A stretch of DNA of 64,000 nucleotides from Anaeramoeba ignava BMAN (lineage: Eukaryota > Protista > Anaeramoebae), in contig JAPDFW010000089.1 in the NCBI GenBank assembly GCA_028826165.1, positions 240,032 through 304,031 on the forward strand. The letters run 5' to 3'. Made by a program: the position numbers and the translations under genes. Shown here piece after piece: positions 28,664-42,182 of this stretch. Position 1 is the stretch's first letter. Each line of letters begins with the position of its first letter. Below the pieces are notes generated by a model. That model saw only the letters and a list, made by a program, of their open reading frames with translations, was not told the DNA's origin and searched no databases.

Positions 28664-29740
28664 TCAACGAGGTTTACAATCCAAATTATGAGGATTAACC
28701 TCTCTTTCCAAATTATCAATCTTAGCATATTTAAGAGAAGGTTGAGGATTATTAAACAACCCAAAGAAAAAATTAAGAACAGGCATAAAAGTATGATGAG
28801 CCCAATACCAAAAGGGTTCATAACTAACTTTAACATTTGGATTCAAAACAATATCAGTTCTATTTTTTGACCACAAGTCTCTACAAACAAGAAGACACTC
28901 AGAGGCCGAGCATTCATTTGCGGTTCTTTTTCTAAACAGGATATCCTCGATGGATTTGCCATCAAAAACAACAACACCATTCCAACATGAATAAACATTA
29001 AACGGTTCATTTCTTCGAAGTGCATTTTGTGCTTGTGGATCGCGGAAGTAAGGATATATCCCTGTGCAACTCTCCCCATTTAGATCTCTTGTGACCCAAG
29101 TGTCATAAAAAGAGAAATAGAAGTCCATTGCACAGGCCATGTCATATTTACAACTGCGTGTTTTGATAAGCTCCAAAATATCTTCTTTTCGAAAGTAAAT
29201 ATCATTAAGGAAAATCACTTTTATCACTAAATCTTCATTTTCATTGAATTCACTCAATTTGTAAAGCACTTTATTCCTCAATCTTGCTAATATCCCAATC
29301 CGATCCTCCCTTCGATCGCGTTTCCAAGTTTCCATTGTGATTGTATGATCGATATATCTTTCTTCAAGTTGTTCTTTTAATAATGAAAGCATTTCTTTTG
29401 TTTTATCTTGACTTCCATTTTCAAATATTGATACATAAGTATTTTTTCTCCCAAGAATTTGTATTAAATCCAATAATTCTTGTGAAAATTGTGGTAGTAT
29501 GTTCTCGTTATTATAGATTAATGCTGCTATGTAAAAGAACGGTTGTTGAACTTTCTTTATTCCGTCTTCATCTTCTTTTATATTTGAACAAAGTTCAATT
29601 ATTTTGTTTCTTTCAAGAATTTCTGTGTTTTTGTTTAGTCTTATCAATAAAAATGAAATTGAGAAACTGAATAGAATTATTCCGATTATGATATATTTTT
29701 TGATATTTTTTTTGAATTTTCTTAAAAGAGGTAAGTACAT
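28664..29740 (-). CDS. CAP59/CMT1-like alpha-1,3-mannosyltransferase (GT69), type II membrane protein
   Basis: 358-aa single exon with an N-terminal TM helix. Motifs YVSIFENGSQDKT, RIGILARLRNKVL, IFLNDIYF, DMACAMDF, FYDTWVTRD, VYSCWNG and SECLLVCRDLW. Confidence 0.9.
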   Translation of the reverse strand: MYLPLLRKFKKNIKKYIIIGIILFSFSISFLLIRLNKNTEILERNKIIELCSNIKEDEDGIKKVQQPFFYIAALIYNNENILPQFSQELLDLIQILGRKNTYVSIFENGSQDKTKEMLSLLKEQLEERYIDHTITMETWKRDRREDRIGILARLRNKVLYKLSEFNENEDLVIKVIFLNDIYFRKEDILELIKTRSCKYDMACAMDFYFSFYDTWVTRDLNGESCTGIYPYFRDPQAQNALRRNEPFNVYSCWNGVVVFDGKSIEDILFRKRTANECSASECLLVCRDLWSKNRTDIVLNPNVKVSYEPFWYWAHHTFMPVLNFFFGLFNNPQPSLKYAKIDNLEREVNPHNLDCKPR

Positions 29741-29789
29741 AATTTAAGAGAAATGAGAAATGAAAAATGAAAATTAAAATTAAAATTAA

Positions 29790-30100
29790 AATCAAAATTT
29801 AATCAAAATTTAATCAAAATTTAATCAAAATTAAATCAAAATTTAATCAAAATTTAATCAAAATTTAATCAAAATTTAATCAAAATTTAATCAAAATTTA
29901 ATCAAAATTTAATCAAAATTTAATCAAAATTTAATCAAAATTTAATCAAAATTTAATCAAAATTAAAATCAAAATTTAATCAAAATTTAATCAAAATTTA
30001 ATCAAAATTTAATCAAAATTAAATCAAAATTTAATTAAAATTTAATCAAAATTAAAATTAAAATCAAAATTTAATCAAAATTTAAATATAAATCAAAATT
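29790..30100. repeat. 11-bp (AAAATTTAATC)n intergenic minisatellite
   Basis: Tandem copies seen directly. Confidence 0.9.
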
Positions 30101-30159
30101 TAAAGTTTTATTTTAAATTTAAAATAAAAAAAATAAGTATTCATCTTTTGTTACTCTTT

Positions 30160-33100
30160 CTACTTTTCTCCATTTAATCTTTTCAAATAGCATCTTGAAC
30201 AAACCCTAACAGGTCGAAAAAAACTCAAATCATATAATTCCATTCTGTAATTACTGCAAGCAGAACAAACTACAATTCCACAAGCTCTACAATGATGTCT
30301 TCTTTCAATAAGATTGAAAGATTTATTGCAAATTTGACAAGCAGGAGCTTGTGAATCTTTAATCCAATGTGAATAAACTCCCTCATCAGGAAGACTCCAA
30401 AGAAATACTTCTCCTGTTAAATTTCCTGCATATAATCTTTTATTTTTATCTATATAAAGTGATGTAATAGAATATCTTGATGTTGCTTTCCGACATTTTT
30501 CAATTAATTCTCGTGGGTTTTTTGAATATTTTTTTTGATTTAAATTTTCTTTTGGAATTGTTTTCTTTCTTGTAAGTTTTTCATTTAAATTTGAATTTGA
30601 ATTTAAATTTGAATTTGAATTTGAATTTGAATTTGAATTTTGATTTTGATTTGAATTTGAATTTTGATTTGAATTTGAATTTAGATTTGAATTTGAATTT
30701 GAATTTAGATTTGAATTTGAATTTAGATTTTCATTTAGATTTTCATTTAGATTTTCATTTAAATTTTCATTTATATTTTGATTTGAATTTAAATTTTCAT
30801 TTATATTTTGATTTGAATTTAAATTTTCATTTATATTTTGATTTGAATTTAAATTTTCATTTAGATTTTCATTTTGATTTGAATTTAGATTTGAATTTTC
30901 ATTTATATTTTGATTTGAATTTGAATTTAGATTTTCATTTATATTTTGATTTGAATTTAAATTTTCATTTAAATTTTGAATTTGATTTTCATTTTGATTT
31001 GAATTTTGATTTGAATTTAGATTTTGATTTGAATTTGAATTTTCAGTTATATTTTGATTTGAATTTTGATTTGAATTTTGATTTGAATTTAGATTTATAT
31101 TTTCAGTTATATTTTGATTTAAATTTTCATTTTCATTTAAATTTAGATTTTGATTTGAATTTAGATTTTGATTTAAATTCAGATTTTGATTTGAATTTTG
31201 ATTTGAATTCAGATTTTCATTTTCATTTGAATTTTCATTTTCATTTTCATTTTCATCTAAATTTTCATTTTCATTTAAATTTAAATTTTCATTTTCATTT
31301 TCATTTTCATTTTCATCTAAATTTAAATCCCTACATAATCCTTTAATAATTTTAATTCCCCAAATACTAACAACTCCATTTTTATGTCCAGTAACATAAA
31401 CATGTCCTTCATCCCATTCTCCAAGTTGAGTTGAAGTAAAACAACTGATTCCTTCTGCTTCAACATTTTCAATAATTTTTTCACCAACAACAAATCCATT
31501 AATACTCATAACTCTTATTAAAGATTCTGTGCAAACAACAATCTCTCCAGAAATATCATTTACAGAGACAGAAACAATTGGTTCATTAAATTTGTAGTTT
31601 TTGATGTATTTTAATCTATGAAGATCCCAAACAATGCACTTGCAATCTTTTGAACCACTAACTGCAATCCCAAAATTTTTAGATAAAGAAATACAGGTTA
31701 TTTTATCACTATGTCCGATGAATCTCTGCAAAAGAACAAATGCAAATGATTTATCGGTATTCCCACTTAATGCATATTTAGAAACTGAATTGAAATCATC
31801 GAACAAATATTTCGAAATGTAAAATTTTCTCACTTGCGAAATTTGGCAATAAATATTAACAACTCCATCATCTCCACCAGTTCCAATGAATACATTATTT
31901 TCCTCAATCGAAATTGTTGATATTTTGCCTGAATGCACATTTTCTTGGACACCCATTAACTTGTTATTTTCCATTGTATATATTCGGAAAGACCAATCAA
32001 TATCAGCATAAGAAATGTAGCGAATAATAGAACTTGATGGAATGATAACTTTCTTCATCCCAACAGCGTAAACTTTGTCTCCAATAACGCGTATATCTCC
32101 AACACTTTCAGAAATTGTTTTGACTTTCTGTAATTTAAATAAATTCACAAACGAAAAATGTTCGAATTTGGAAAGTTTTTGACAAAAAAATTGTTCAGAA
32201 GAATTCCTTGAAAGCTCTGAAAAGTTGCTTTCTTCAACTTCTTTGGATTCAGTAACTTCATTATCTCCGTTTTTTGCGTCTTTTTCATCATCAGTGTTTT
32301 TGACGGTTTCTTTTTTGACATCATCGTTGATTATTTGTGATTGAATTTGTTGATTTTCCTTATTTCCATTGATAATTTCCTCATTTTCAGATACATTTGG
32401 TTTTTTTGTTTGATTTTTTGTTTCAAATAACAAGCCAGAATTGGATGCTTTTCTTTTTGGATGAGGCTTTTTAAAAAGCTGTTTTGGTGTTTGTCCAAAA
32501 TTATTAATCTGAGTTAGAACAGCCAATAAATCCGTGCGATTTGTGATTTTTGTCAAATCAAAAGTGTATCCATATGTCAGATAGTAAAAAACATTCAGTG
32601 CATTCTCAGCCAATTTTCCTTGTTGTTTATAACCGAAGATCAAATCAATCCAATTATGCAAATTTTGCGAGACATAATCACTTTCAAGAGCCTGGCGATG
32701 TATTTGAATAAAATTATAGGGATCATCATTAGACCACAAAGGAAGTCCCACATCTGAAACATCAATCCCATTGCTTTGCTTTTTGCCAAAGAAAAATTTG
32801 TTGTGATTCACAAGAAACTCGGGCATATAAAAAAACTCGGGAATCAATTCCTTGACATCAGAAACATTATTCACGCTTGCAGAAGCCCAAGAGTCTTGGA
32901 TAGTATGGAACATCCGATCCGGATAATCAAATTTGCCTCCTTGTAGTTTAACCGAATGCTTTGCAAAAGGCTCTAAACGTACAAGATATTGGAGCACAAT
33001 TCCTAAAGAAGAATAATGAGATCCATAGTGGAATTTTGGGATATTTGAAATGTTATCGTTCCACGACTCGAATCTTGAGCGGAAATACTCTGCTCGTTGT

Positions 33101-36100
33101 GGATCAAGTGCTCCCATTGGTTTGGACAAATCTCGATAAATGTTTGGATCTTTCAAATCAATTTTTTCTGAGGTGTAATCCTTAAGAATCCATGGGAATA
33201 CGGGATACTGAGAAAAATCCTGATAAGTTCTTCCAGCAAGTGTATTCAGATGAATTAAATACTGGAAGTTTGTAATTTCTCCCTTTTTCCATTTCTGTGT
33301 TTGTGAAGAAAGAAAAGACGCTTTTAAAAGGGATGTGAAACTAAATCCTATATCATAACTTTCAGAATTATTCGTAGTTTTTGCTCCTGTTAGTTGTTGT
33401 ATATCCCCAAATTTGGACGAAGAAAGACTGACAATTTTATCATAAACTTCATCGCGTTCTGAATTTGAGGTAAAATACAGGAAATATGTTTTCCCATTGG
33501 CAAGGAAAAATTCAAGTGCAACCGGTTGAAGACAATACTCTCTTTTTAGAACATCCTGGAAAATATCAGGACACCACTTTCGCACTCTGTGCTTTATAAC
33601 CTTATGCTTTGAGTTGTATTTACGCAGAATCCGATTTTCAATTCGGTTTTGAATAATAAACCAATCTTTTTGCAAATTTTCTTTTTCTTTTTCTTTTTCT
33701 TTTTCTGTATCAACTGTTTCATCTTCAAGATCCATATTTTCTGAAAATGGTGTTAATTCTACAATTTGATTAGCTTTTTTGGTCTGAACTATGAAATAAT
33801 TATCGAATAAATAACAGTTTTGTTGTGTCAGAATGAAAACTGCATTTTTTGAATTAAGTCCAGAAACTCTTGCGCAATTTACTTGTAAAATTATATTTTC
33901 ATCAATTTCAAAAAATCTTTTGAATCGTAAATCTTTAAGTAAATGATGCATTTCACTAACATATTCCTTAAATCTAACTTCGTTTAAATGAGCATTGATT
34001 TTTTTTTCTTCATCTGAATTTTCATCTGGATTTTGTGATTCAAGTTCCCATTTTTCTGATTCTTGTTTTATGATCTTATGTTGTAATTTTTCTTCATGAT
34101 AAATTTCCAAAATAAACTCGAACAAATCAGGATTTTCATTAGAATTTTGATTATTTTGATTATTTTGATTATTTTGATTATTTTGATTATTTTGATTATT
34201 TTGATTATTTTGATTATTTTCATTATTTTGATTATTTTCATCATTTTCATCATTTTCATCATTTTCATCATTTTCATTTTCATCAACTATTGTATCATCT
34301 CTAAATGACTTGTCCTGATTTAAAGTCGTTTGGCATAAATGTATTTTTGGTCTTTTATTCCTTTTCAATTTCTTCCTCATTCTAAAGGGTTCTTCAAATG
34401 TATCACATTTCCATTTTACATTATTTGAGTCGTTTTTATTATGATCCCAAATTGATAATTCTCCAGTTATTTCTCGTTTCGCAATTCTCCATTTATTTTC
34501 CCAATCATTCCTTCTTGTGAAATTGAAGAATAGTTTTGTATAATATCTTTTTCTCTCGGAATACTGTATTTCAGTTCTCATTGAATGCAAACTTTTAAAA
34601 TATTCGAAAATTTCTTGATGTTCTTCTTCCGCTTTCTTTTCAATCTTTTTGAGTCTTGATTTCCGTTTATTTTTCTCACTTTGTATTTTGGATTTCGAAA
34701 TTTCAAAGTTAGAATTGATATTTTTTGGGATATGTGATTCTAATAAATTCTTGATTTGTTCTTGTTTTTTCTCTAAAAACAAACGGAAATCATTATCGTT
34801 ATCAGCAAGAATAAAAAGAAATCCATTATCAAGATAATTCCTGTTCTCTGATCTGTTGATTCGATAAGAAAGAAACGGTCTTAAAAGTTCTGCGATTCTC
34901 AAAATCATAGTTTTCCAAATTTTCGAAGCAAGTTTGGAAATTGAATCGGATTCAAGAATCATTAACAAGAACATTTGATAGCATAAAAGTGATAAAAATC
35001 TTGTGCTGTTGTTATTTTTGTTGATGAGTATATTCGAATTCTCATCAATCAAATTCAACATAAAAAGTCTTTCTTGATCCATAACTTGCGAATGATCTGC
35101 TTGTTTGAGTAATAAATAAATTATAATTTCATTCATATAACGATAGTAAGAAATTAGACAAGCATGATTTTTTGGGTGTAGTTTGTTTATATTAATATTG
35201 AGCTGAGCGTCTAAGTGAAAACTATTTATTTTTTTAATCGTATAATTTTCTTGTGTATTTTTTTGTTGAAGAAATGAACTTAAACTTGGGTGAGTTTTTA
35301 GATTTGCAATTGTTTTTGCATAAGAATATTTATTTGAATTTGAATTTGAATTTGTATTTGAATTTGAATTTGAATTTAAATTTGAATTTAAATTTGTATT
35401 TGTATTTGTATTTGTATTTGTATTTGTATTTGTATTTGAATTTGTATTTGTATTTGAATCAATATCCATATTTAAAAAAAGATTTGGAGTTGAATAAGAA
35501 AAGTTATTTCCCTTTTCAGCAAGTTTTATAACAACATTTGAACAAAAATTGAAAATATCTTTAATTTTACTTTCAGAAAAAATTCCATTATAAACTCTTT
35601 CAATAAGAATATCTCCAAATTTGATCATATTTTTGGAGAATTTATGGTCATATTCGAGAGCAAGAAAGTTCATTTTTGATTCAAATGTTAAAAGAATTTT
35701 GAAAAAAAGTTTAGCTTGGAATTTTTGACAAAGCGAATCCTCAACATATAATGGAACAGATTCAAAAATGGTATCAAAAATTGTTGTGAATGAATTGCCT
35801 GTTTTGATATTCTGATGAAGAATAGTAATTAGGAATTTTAACAGCTCTTGTGTTGTTGGATTGTTCAAAACTATATCCGAAAGTTGAATTGCTTTAATTG
35901 TATCTGTATTAAAATCTGGTGTATTTAAATCAGAAGGTACACTATTGTTACTGTTGCTATTATAGATTAATGAATTTACTTGTTCATCTTCTGTTTGTTG
36001 GGGATTTAAAAGAAAGTTGTGATAATTTTCTGCAAAAATTATCCCAATAATAAGTTCGATAAAGTCGCTATTTGAACAAAAATCTGAAAAAGTAGGAGAA

Positions 36101-39100
36101 GAATCGAGCAACTTAACCCGGAAAAATTTTAAGATGAGACAATTAGTTTTAATTAAATAATGTAGCTCTTTAGAGACATCTCCGTTTTCAGAGTTTAATT
36201 TGCCGAAATTTGAAAACAAACCTCCAAGTAATTGCTTTTGGTTTTCTTGAACAATTTTGAGAATTGAGATTGTTGTGTTTGGAGAGTATATTTGTATTTT
36301 TGAAGAAGAATCATCAGCTCTTTTGGAGAGTTGGAAGTAAATTAACAAGCGATTTCATTTTCATATCAAAATATCTTTCTGTTTTCCAAACTGGAACACC
36401 GAGAAGTAAACAAAAAAGAGAATAGTAAACTGTTTCGTTTTTGTTGAGTCTTGATAAAAGAGGATCCAAAGCAAGAAATCCTCCTTCTTGTGTAAATTTT
36501 TGAATGAATTGCTGATTTGAAATTAAAAGACTCACAAAAATTTTGAAGGAGCGAGAAACAAATTCATGGTCAACATCTACTCTCATGAAATGGAACAAAA
36601 AACCATCTCCGTTGAAAACAGACAGGATTTTCTCAATTGTTTTGGCATCATTGAAATGGTAGAAAATGATTTTTTTGATATAATCCAAAATGCAAAGATT
36701 TGCTATCCAAAATGGAGGTTGAGATTTCACAAAATCTAAATCCGTAAAATCTTCAGAAAGCATATCATTGTATGCAATATCATCTTTGTTGACTGAGATT
36801 TGATAGCGGAATGACGATTTGACTGAATTTTGCTCATTGTTATAAAAAAGTGTTGATATGATATGTCTGCGGATCATTTCAAGTTCTTCAGTAATAACAG
36901 TTCTTTTGATCAAAGAAAATATGACAAAAACAACTTCCTGAATCACTTGGAATTGTAAAGTCGGGGTTCGCAAAAAATCAAGTAAATTTTGGATGAAATT
37001 AAGTTTTTTTGCTTGATGCATGTTGAAATCTACTTGCGAGTTTTCCTCAAAAAATAACCTCAAATTTGAAAAAAGAAATTCCAAAGTGTCTTGACTTTGT
37101 ATTTTTGTCCAAATATTAAAATCCAAAATAAATTTCGAGAAGGCAGTTAAATTCGAGATTATGAAAAAGTTTGATTTGCCAAAATTATTGCCAACAAATC
37201 TAAGAAGAATTTTAACAACAGATTTGTCAATTAAATCTCTTTTTTTATAAAGAAGATATCCAATATGATCATATCCATGAATTCTCTCCATTTCCCGTAA
37301 ATGCAAGTAATGCGACGATTCAAGCTCTTGGATAATCGAGAGAACACCTAGCAAGTCCTTTGTTTCTTCAGCTAATTCAATCAAGGGAATCAAAGCTTTA
37401 ATTCCCCCAATAGAAAGCATTTGAATCACAAATCCGCTACGTTTGTGAACATAAACATTTCCTCTAGGGAAAGCAAACGGTTCTCCATTTTGCAAAGAAC
37501 ACATATTAACAAGTCCCAAATTGCGTTTTTTGTTGAGTATTTTTGTGTATATATGGGGAGAGAGATGATGGTGGTGCTGATTCTCCTTATCCTTTAATTT
37601 CACAAATTTGTCGTGAGGAAGACTCGGCATTTTGGGTTGATACCGAATACTGCTATCTCTCAAACTTATCCGATTTATTTTCTGATAATATTGGAACTCT
37701 TTTGTTATATCCATTTCATTTTCTATCGACAACGAACTTTTCTTTTTGTGTTCCGAGATGCCATTTTCTTTGGAAATGATTTTGCCCTGATTTCCAAATT
37801 CTGATATTTTCTTGATAAAATTCGCAGAATACCCAAAAATAATCTTGTCATTCAAAAGAGGTGATGGGAGGTGAGCCAAATCAAATGCATTGAATTTTGT
37901 TTCGAGATCTTTTTCTTTGAGATTGGATAATGTTTGGTGGTTGATAACATCATATGTTTGGTAATCCTCAATCGAAGATGAGATGAAGGAAACACTAAAA
38001 TCCATCCCCATAACAAATAAAGTGTGTATTGATTGCGGACTCAGAATATATTCGCAAAGATAGCAATGACCAAGTTTCCACTTGATTGGAAGAGTATTGC
38101 CCAAAAAATTGCTCGATCCAAAAAATCCAGATATAGATGAGTTTGGAGAGTTAGAAATTAGAGAAGGATATGCACATTTTTGGCTCTCTTTAAAAATACC
38201 GTTGATATACAAAGAAATTTCACTTGATTGGAAACGGTATTTGGAATGAAGTAAAACTAAGTGATTCCATTGCCCTTCTTGGATATGATGGTGTAATTCT
38301 GTGATATTGTTATCGTTGTTTACAAAGACGGTGAGCTTGGTGTTGAGAAGCGATATTGTTTGAATAGGCTCCTTCTTGTCGTTTATGATTGAGAATAAAT
38401 CGAATTTCTGGTTTTGTTCGGTTTGGAAGCATTCGTAATAAAACCATAAAGATAAAGAATACCCTCCTGTTGGAGGCCATATTTGTTTGAAGTTTGGGAT
38501 TACAATCTGTGAGTATCCTGGGATTGTTAAGTCAAATTGAATGTGTGGTGGATTCTTTCCATTTCTAATGATATTAGAAATCAAATTGTAAAATGAAACT
38601 GGTCGTGTTTTTTGTTTGGAGTCTGTTAGGATTTGTAAGAGCATTTTGGTTTCTTTAGTCGAGAAATTAGATGGACCAAGAGTTTCCAGGATCTTGAATA
38701 AAATATGCTGTAAAAGATCTGGTTCTAATAAATAGAATTTTCTTTTGAATTGTTTCATCAACTTTTCTGGGAGATGAATATAATAAACAATTTCTCGATT
38801 TGTTGGATTGTGGAAAAGTAAATTGAATATCATAACCAAAAGATCGACTTGTTTTTGTTCTTGAAGTTTTGGCAGTAAGTTAACCGATATAACAAATGGT
38901 TCTGGATGGAAAATCTCTACATTTTCAAACTTATTATTTACAATTTCGTTTGTTTCTTGTCCAATTCTTTTTTCTTCAGCAAAATTTCCAACTGGATATG
39001 TTTTGTTCATATTTTTGGAGTTTTCCGAGATTGTTTCGGATTGTGTTGAATCACTATTTTGCTTAGAAAGTGAGTTATCTTCAACGGATTTACTTTGTGA

Positions 39101-42084
39101 ATTTACTGTTTTAGGCTCCTGATTCTGTATTTTCTGGTGGAAAAAACCAAAAATTTCAACCGCCAAATCAATAAGCATTGTAACTATCTCATAGCATGCA
39201 TCCTCATTTTCAGTTAATTCTGAAAGATATATGGACTCTGAAATATATGGAGCAACTTCCATTTCAAAATAGTTGCGGTTTACTTGATTATTACTTAAAG
39301 AAATTATCAAAATATTGATAATCTGCTCTATAAGTTCCAATTTTTTGAGGATTGGAGTTTCTGGGATTGTTGATAAAAATCCAATGATATTCACAATGCA
39401 TATGACAAATCCGTTGTATTCCCGGAATAAATCCTTATATTCATTTTTGATCTTGAATAATTGGAGAAATAATTGAATCATTTGTGTTTTAAATTCTATA
39501 TTTTCAAGAGGAATTGATTGAAACAACAATACCAATTCAGAAAAAATGTTCTCCATTTCATTTAAAGGTTTCTTATAGAAAATAAGAAGCAGTAGTTTGC
39601 TTGATTGCTGTCTATTTACTTCAAAATTAAGAGCTCGAATAATCAATTTAAATCCATTTGATGCTATGAAAGTATCAAGGGATTTCTGAGAATTTTGAAA
39701 TAAAATTTGTAAAGTATCTAATGCAAACGCAAATCTTAAATTGAAATTGGTAAATTTTTCATTTTCGTTTTCCTTTTCATTTTCCTTTTTAAATTTCTCT
39801 TTAAATTTAATAGATTCTCTAATTTGATCCAAGCAAACATCAAGAAAATGGATATCAGATAAAACTTTGGAATAAGTTTCATCAAATCTCATAAATTTTG
39901 TGAATAAATTATAAATCAACTCTAGTGAATCTATTGAAGTTTTTTCCTCTTTAATTAAATTCATTAAGATTTGGATTTCTTTTTTAGGAAGTTTGATCTC
40001 AGTAAATGCAATATGCTCAACCATTTTTAATAGGAAACTCTTTTAGAATTTTTGTGTGTGTTTTTTTTTTGATTTAAAATATAAATATTTAAAATATAAA
40101 TATTTAAAATATAAATATATAAAATATAAATATTCAAAATATAAATATTTAAAATATAAATATATAAAATATAAATATTTAAAATATAAATATTTAAAAT
40201 ATAAATATTTAAAATATAAATATTTAAAATATAAGTATTTAAAATATAAATATATAAAATATAAATATTCAAAATATAAGTATTTAAAATATAAATATTT
40301 AAAATATAAATATACTTTCACTTCGTGATGATATGAATCAAAATGAACAAGAAATACTTCAAGATTGCCAACTTTTTGTGAAATAGGAGTAATTATTTGG
40401 ATTAGAAGCATAAATGCTGAGTATTTGCTCAAGAATACAAAGTGAAAAAGAGTGATGAAGTTGTTTATTTTCGGCAGTTTCAAGAAATATTTTTACAAGA
40501 ACACTAAATGCTTGAAGATTTTTTATGCGATTACTTGTATTTTCTAATTGAGGAGATTTTCCAAAAGCAAGCAATCCATGCATATCATCTGACTCAATTT
40601 CAGGGATTATATCTGAAATACCGACTTGAGTAAAATCAGAAATTGCTGTTATAGTCTTTTTGAATAAGGCGCTATGTGTCTTTTTTGAATTGAGTAAAAT
40701 AATTTTTTGTATAATTTTGGTAATGATTTCATAACCCAATTTTTGAGAAAATTTATCAAACAAATTGTTTGAAATAGCAAGTGAATTTTTGATGAATTCC
40801 AAAACGATCAAAATTATATGCGATGAGAGTTTTGTTTTTGTATCAATATTATTATTAACAAATGTAATTAGTTGCAATATGATTTTTTCTTTCTCGATAT
40901 ATTGAAAAGATTTCGAATTAAAACCGAACTTTGTAAAATTAATAAGAAGTTTTTTATAAAATCTTAAAAACATTTCCTGAGATTTGGTGTGAAAAGAACA
41001 ATCTTGAATCATTAAAAGAAACTTTCCCATTAATTTTTCAGAAATTAATTTTATAATAGTTTGCTCTTGCTTTAAAAATGTAATAAAGATATGAGAAATG
41101 GTTGATAAAATTTTATGGAAATTTGTAAGTTCTTGAAATTGAAATTAAAATTAAGATTAAAATTAAAATTGAAATTGAAATTAAAATTAAATTTATAAAT
41201 AAAATTAAAATTGAAATTAAAAATACCATCATCTTTTTTAAGGTTTAATTTCCCTTTTTTCATATTTATATTTTGGGATAAGGCTTCAATTAAATGAAAC
41301 AATTCAATGTTTAAAGATGTTTTTAGCATTTCTGAAACATTAGATGTATTTTCACATAATTTTTCAATAGAAATTAATAACTTAAAATTCAAATCCTTTT
41401 CTTTGTTTGAATCTGAAAATAAAAAAAATGAACTAAAATTATTTTTAGATTGAAGAAAGTTTTGAATTTTTTCGTTAAAATTTAAAGCAAAAGCATAAGA
41501 TAATTGAGTTGTATTTCCGAATCTAATAAAATGGATTTTAATTTTAATTTTAAATTTTTAATATTAAATTTTTAATATTAATTTTACTCTGAAATATTTG
41601 TTGGTTGCTCACAAAAAATTTGATAAAATTGTGAAACAATAATAATTATTTGAGATTCTTGGTCTTGATTAGTTTTTTTCAATTCAAATTGTTTCCAATT
41701 TTTTTTCAATTCGTTTAATAAATTGATATTCGAATTGTTTAATTTAGATGATGATTTTTTTGGTGGTTTTATTTGAGTTTTGTTTTTGTTTTTGTTTTTG
41801 TTTTTGTTTTTGTTTTTGTTTTTGTTTTTGTCTTTTGGGATTTTGAATTTATCTAATGAAAGAGCTTTTTGTTTTATTTGAATTTTAATTGGATGGGGTT
41901 TATTTAAAATTTTATTATTTGGTTCTTCTTTGTCGTTCTCATTTAATTGTAAATTAGTATCAATTTTAATATTTTGGGAATTATTTTTTGTTGTTTCCTT
42001 TTGTTTTTCTATTTCTGTTTCTTTTTCTGTTTCTGATTCTTGTTTTGATTTTTTTTCAAAAAGTCCACGAAAAAAAGATCTCAT
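30160..42084 (-). CDS. Giant BEACH-domain protein with ConA-like, PH, BEACH, WD40 and C-terminal FYVE domains (WDFY3/ALFY/LvsA-like)
   Basis: BEACH: ITNFQYLIHLNTLAGRTYQDFSQYPVFPW...HYGSHYSS...DVKELIPEFF...INNFGQTPKQLFKKPHP. WD40: GHSDKITC...VSGSKD. FYVE: WIKD...RRHHCRACG...VRVC. Introns near 41587-41523, 41226-41070 and 40314-40037; frameshifts near 40375 and 36322. Confidence 0.9.
40037..40314. repeat. 15-bp (AAATATAAATATTTA)n array in a BEACH-gene intron
   Basis: Same unit and orientation as the array at 21481-21866. Confidence 0.85.
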
Positions 42085-42182
42085 AAATAAAAAGAATAAA
42101 AAGAATAAAAAAAATGAAAAAAAAAAAATGAAAAAAAATTTTTTTTCATTTTTTTTCTCTCTTTAATTTCCTTTACCTATCA

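Noticed and set aside
28245-30100. Telomere-like or centromeric satellites
   Set aside because: The units lack G-rich telomeric character, the arrays are short, and they lie between ordinary genes.
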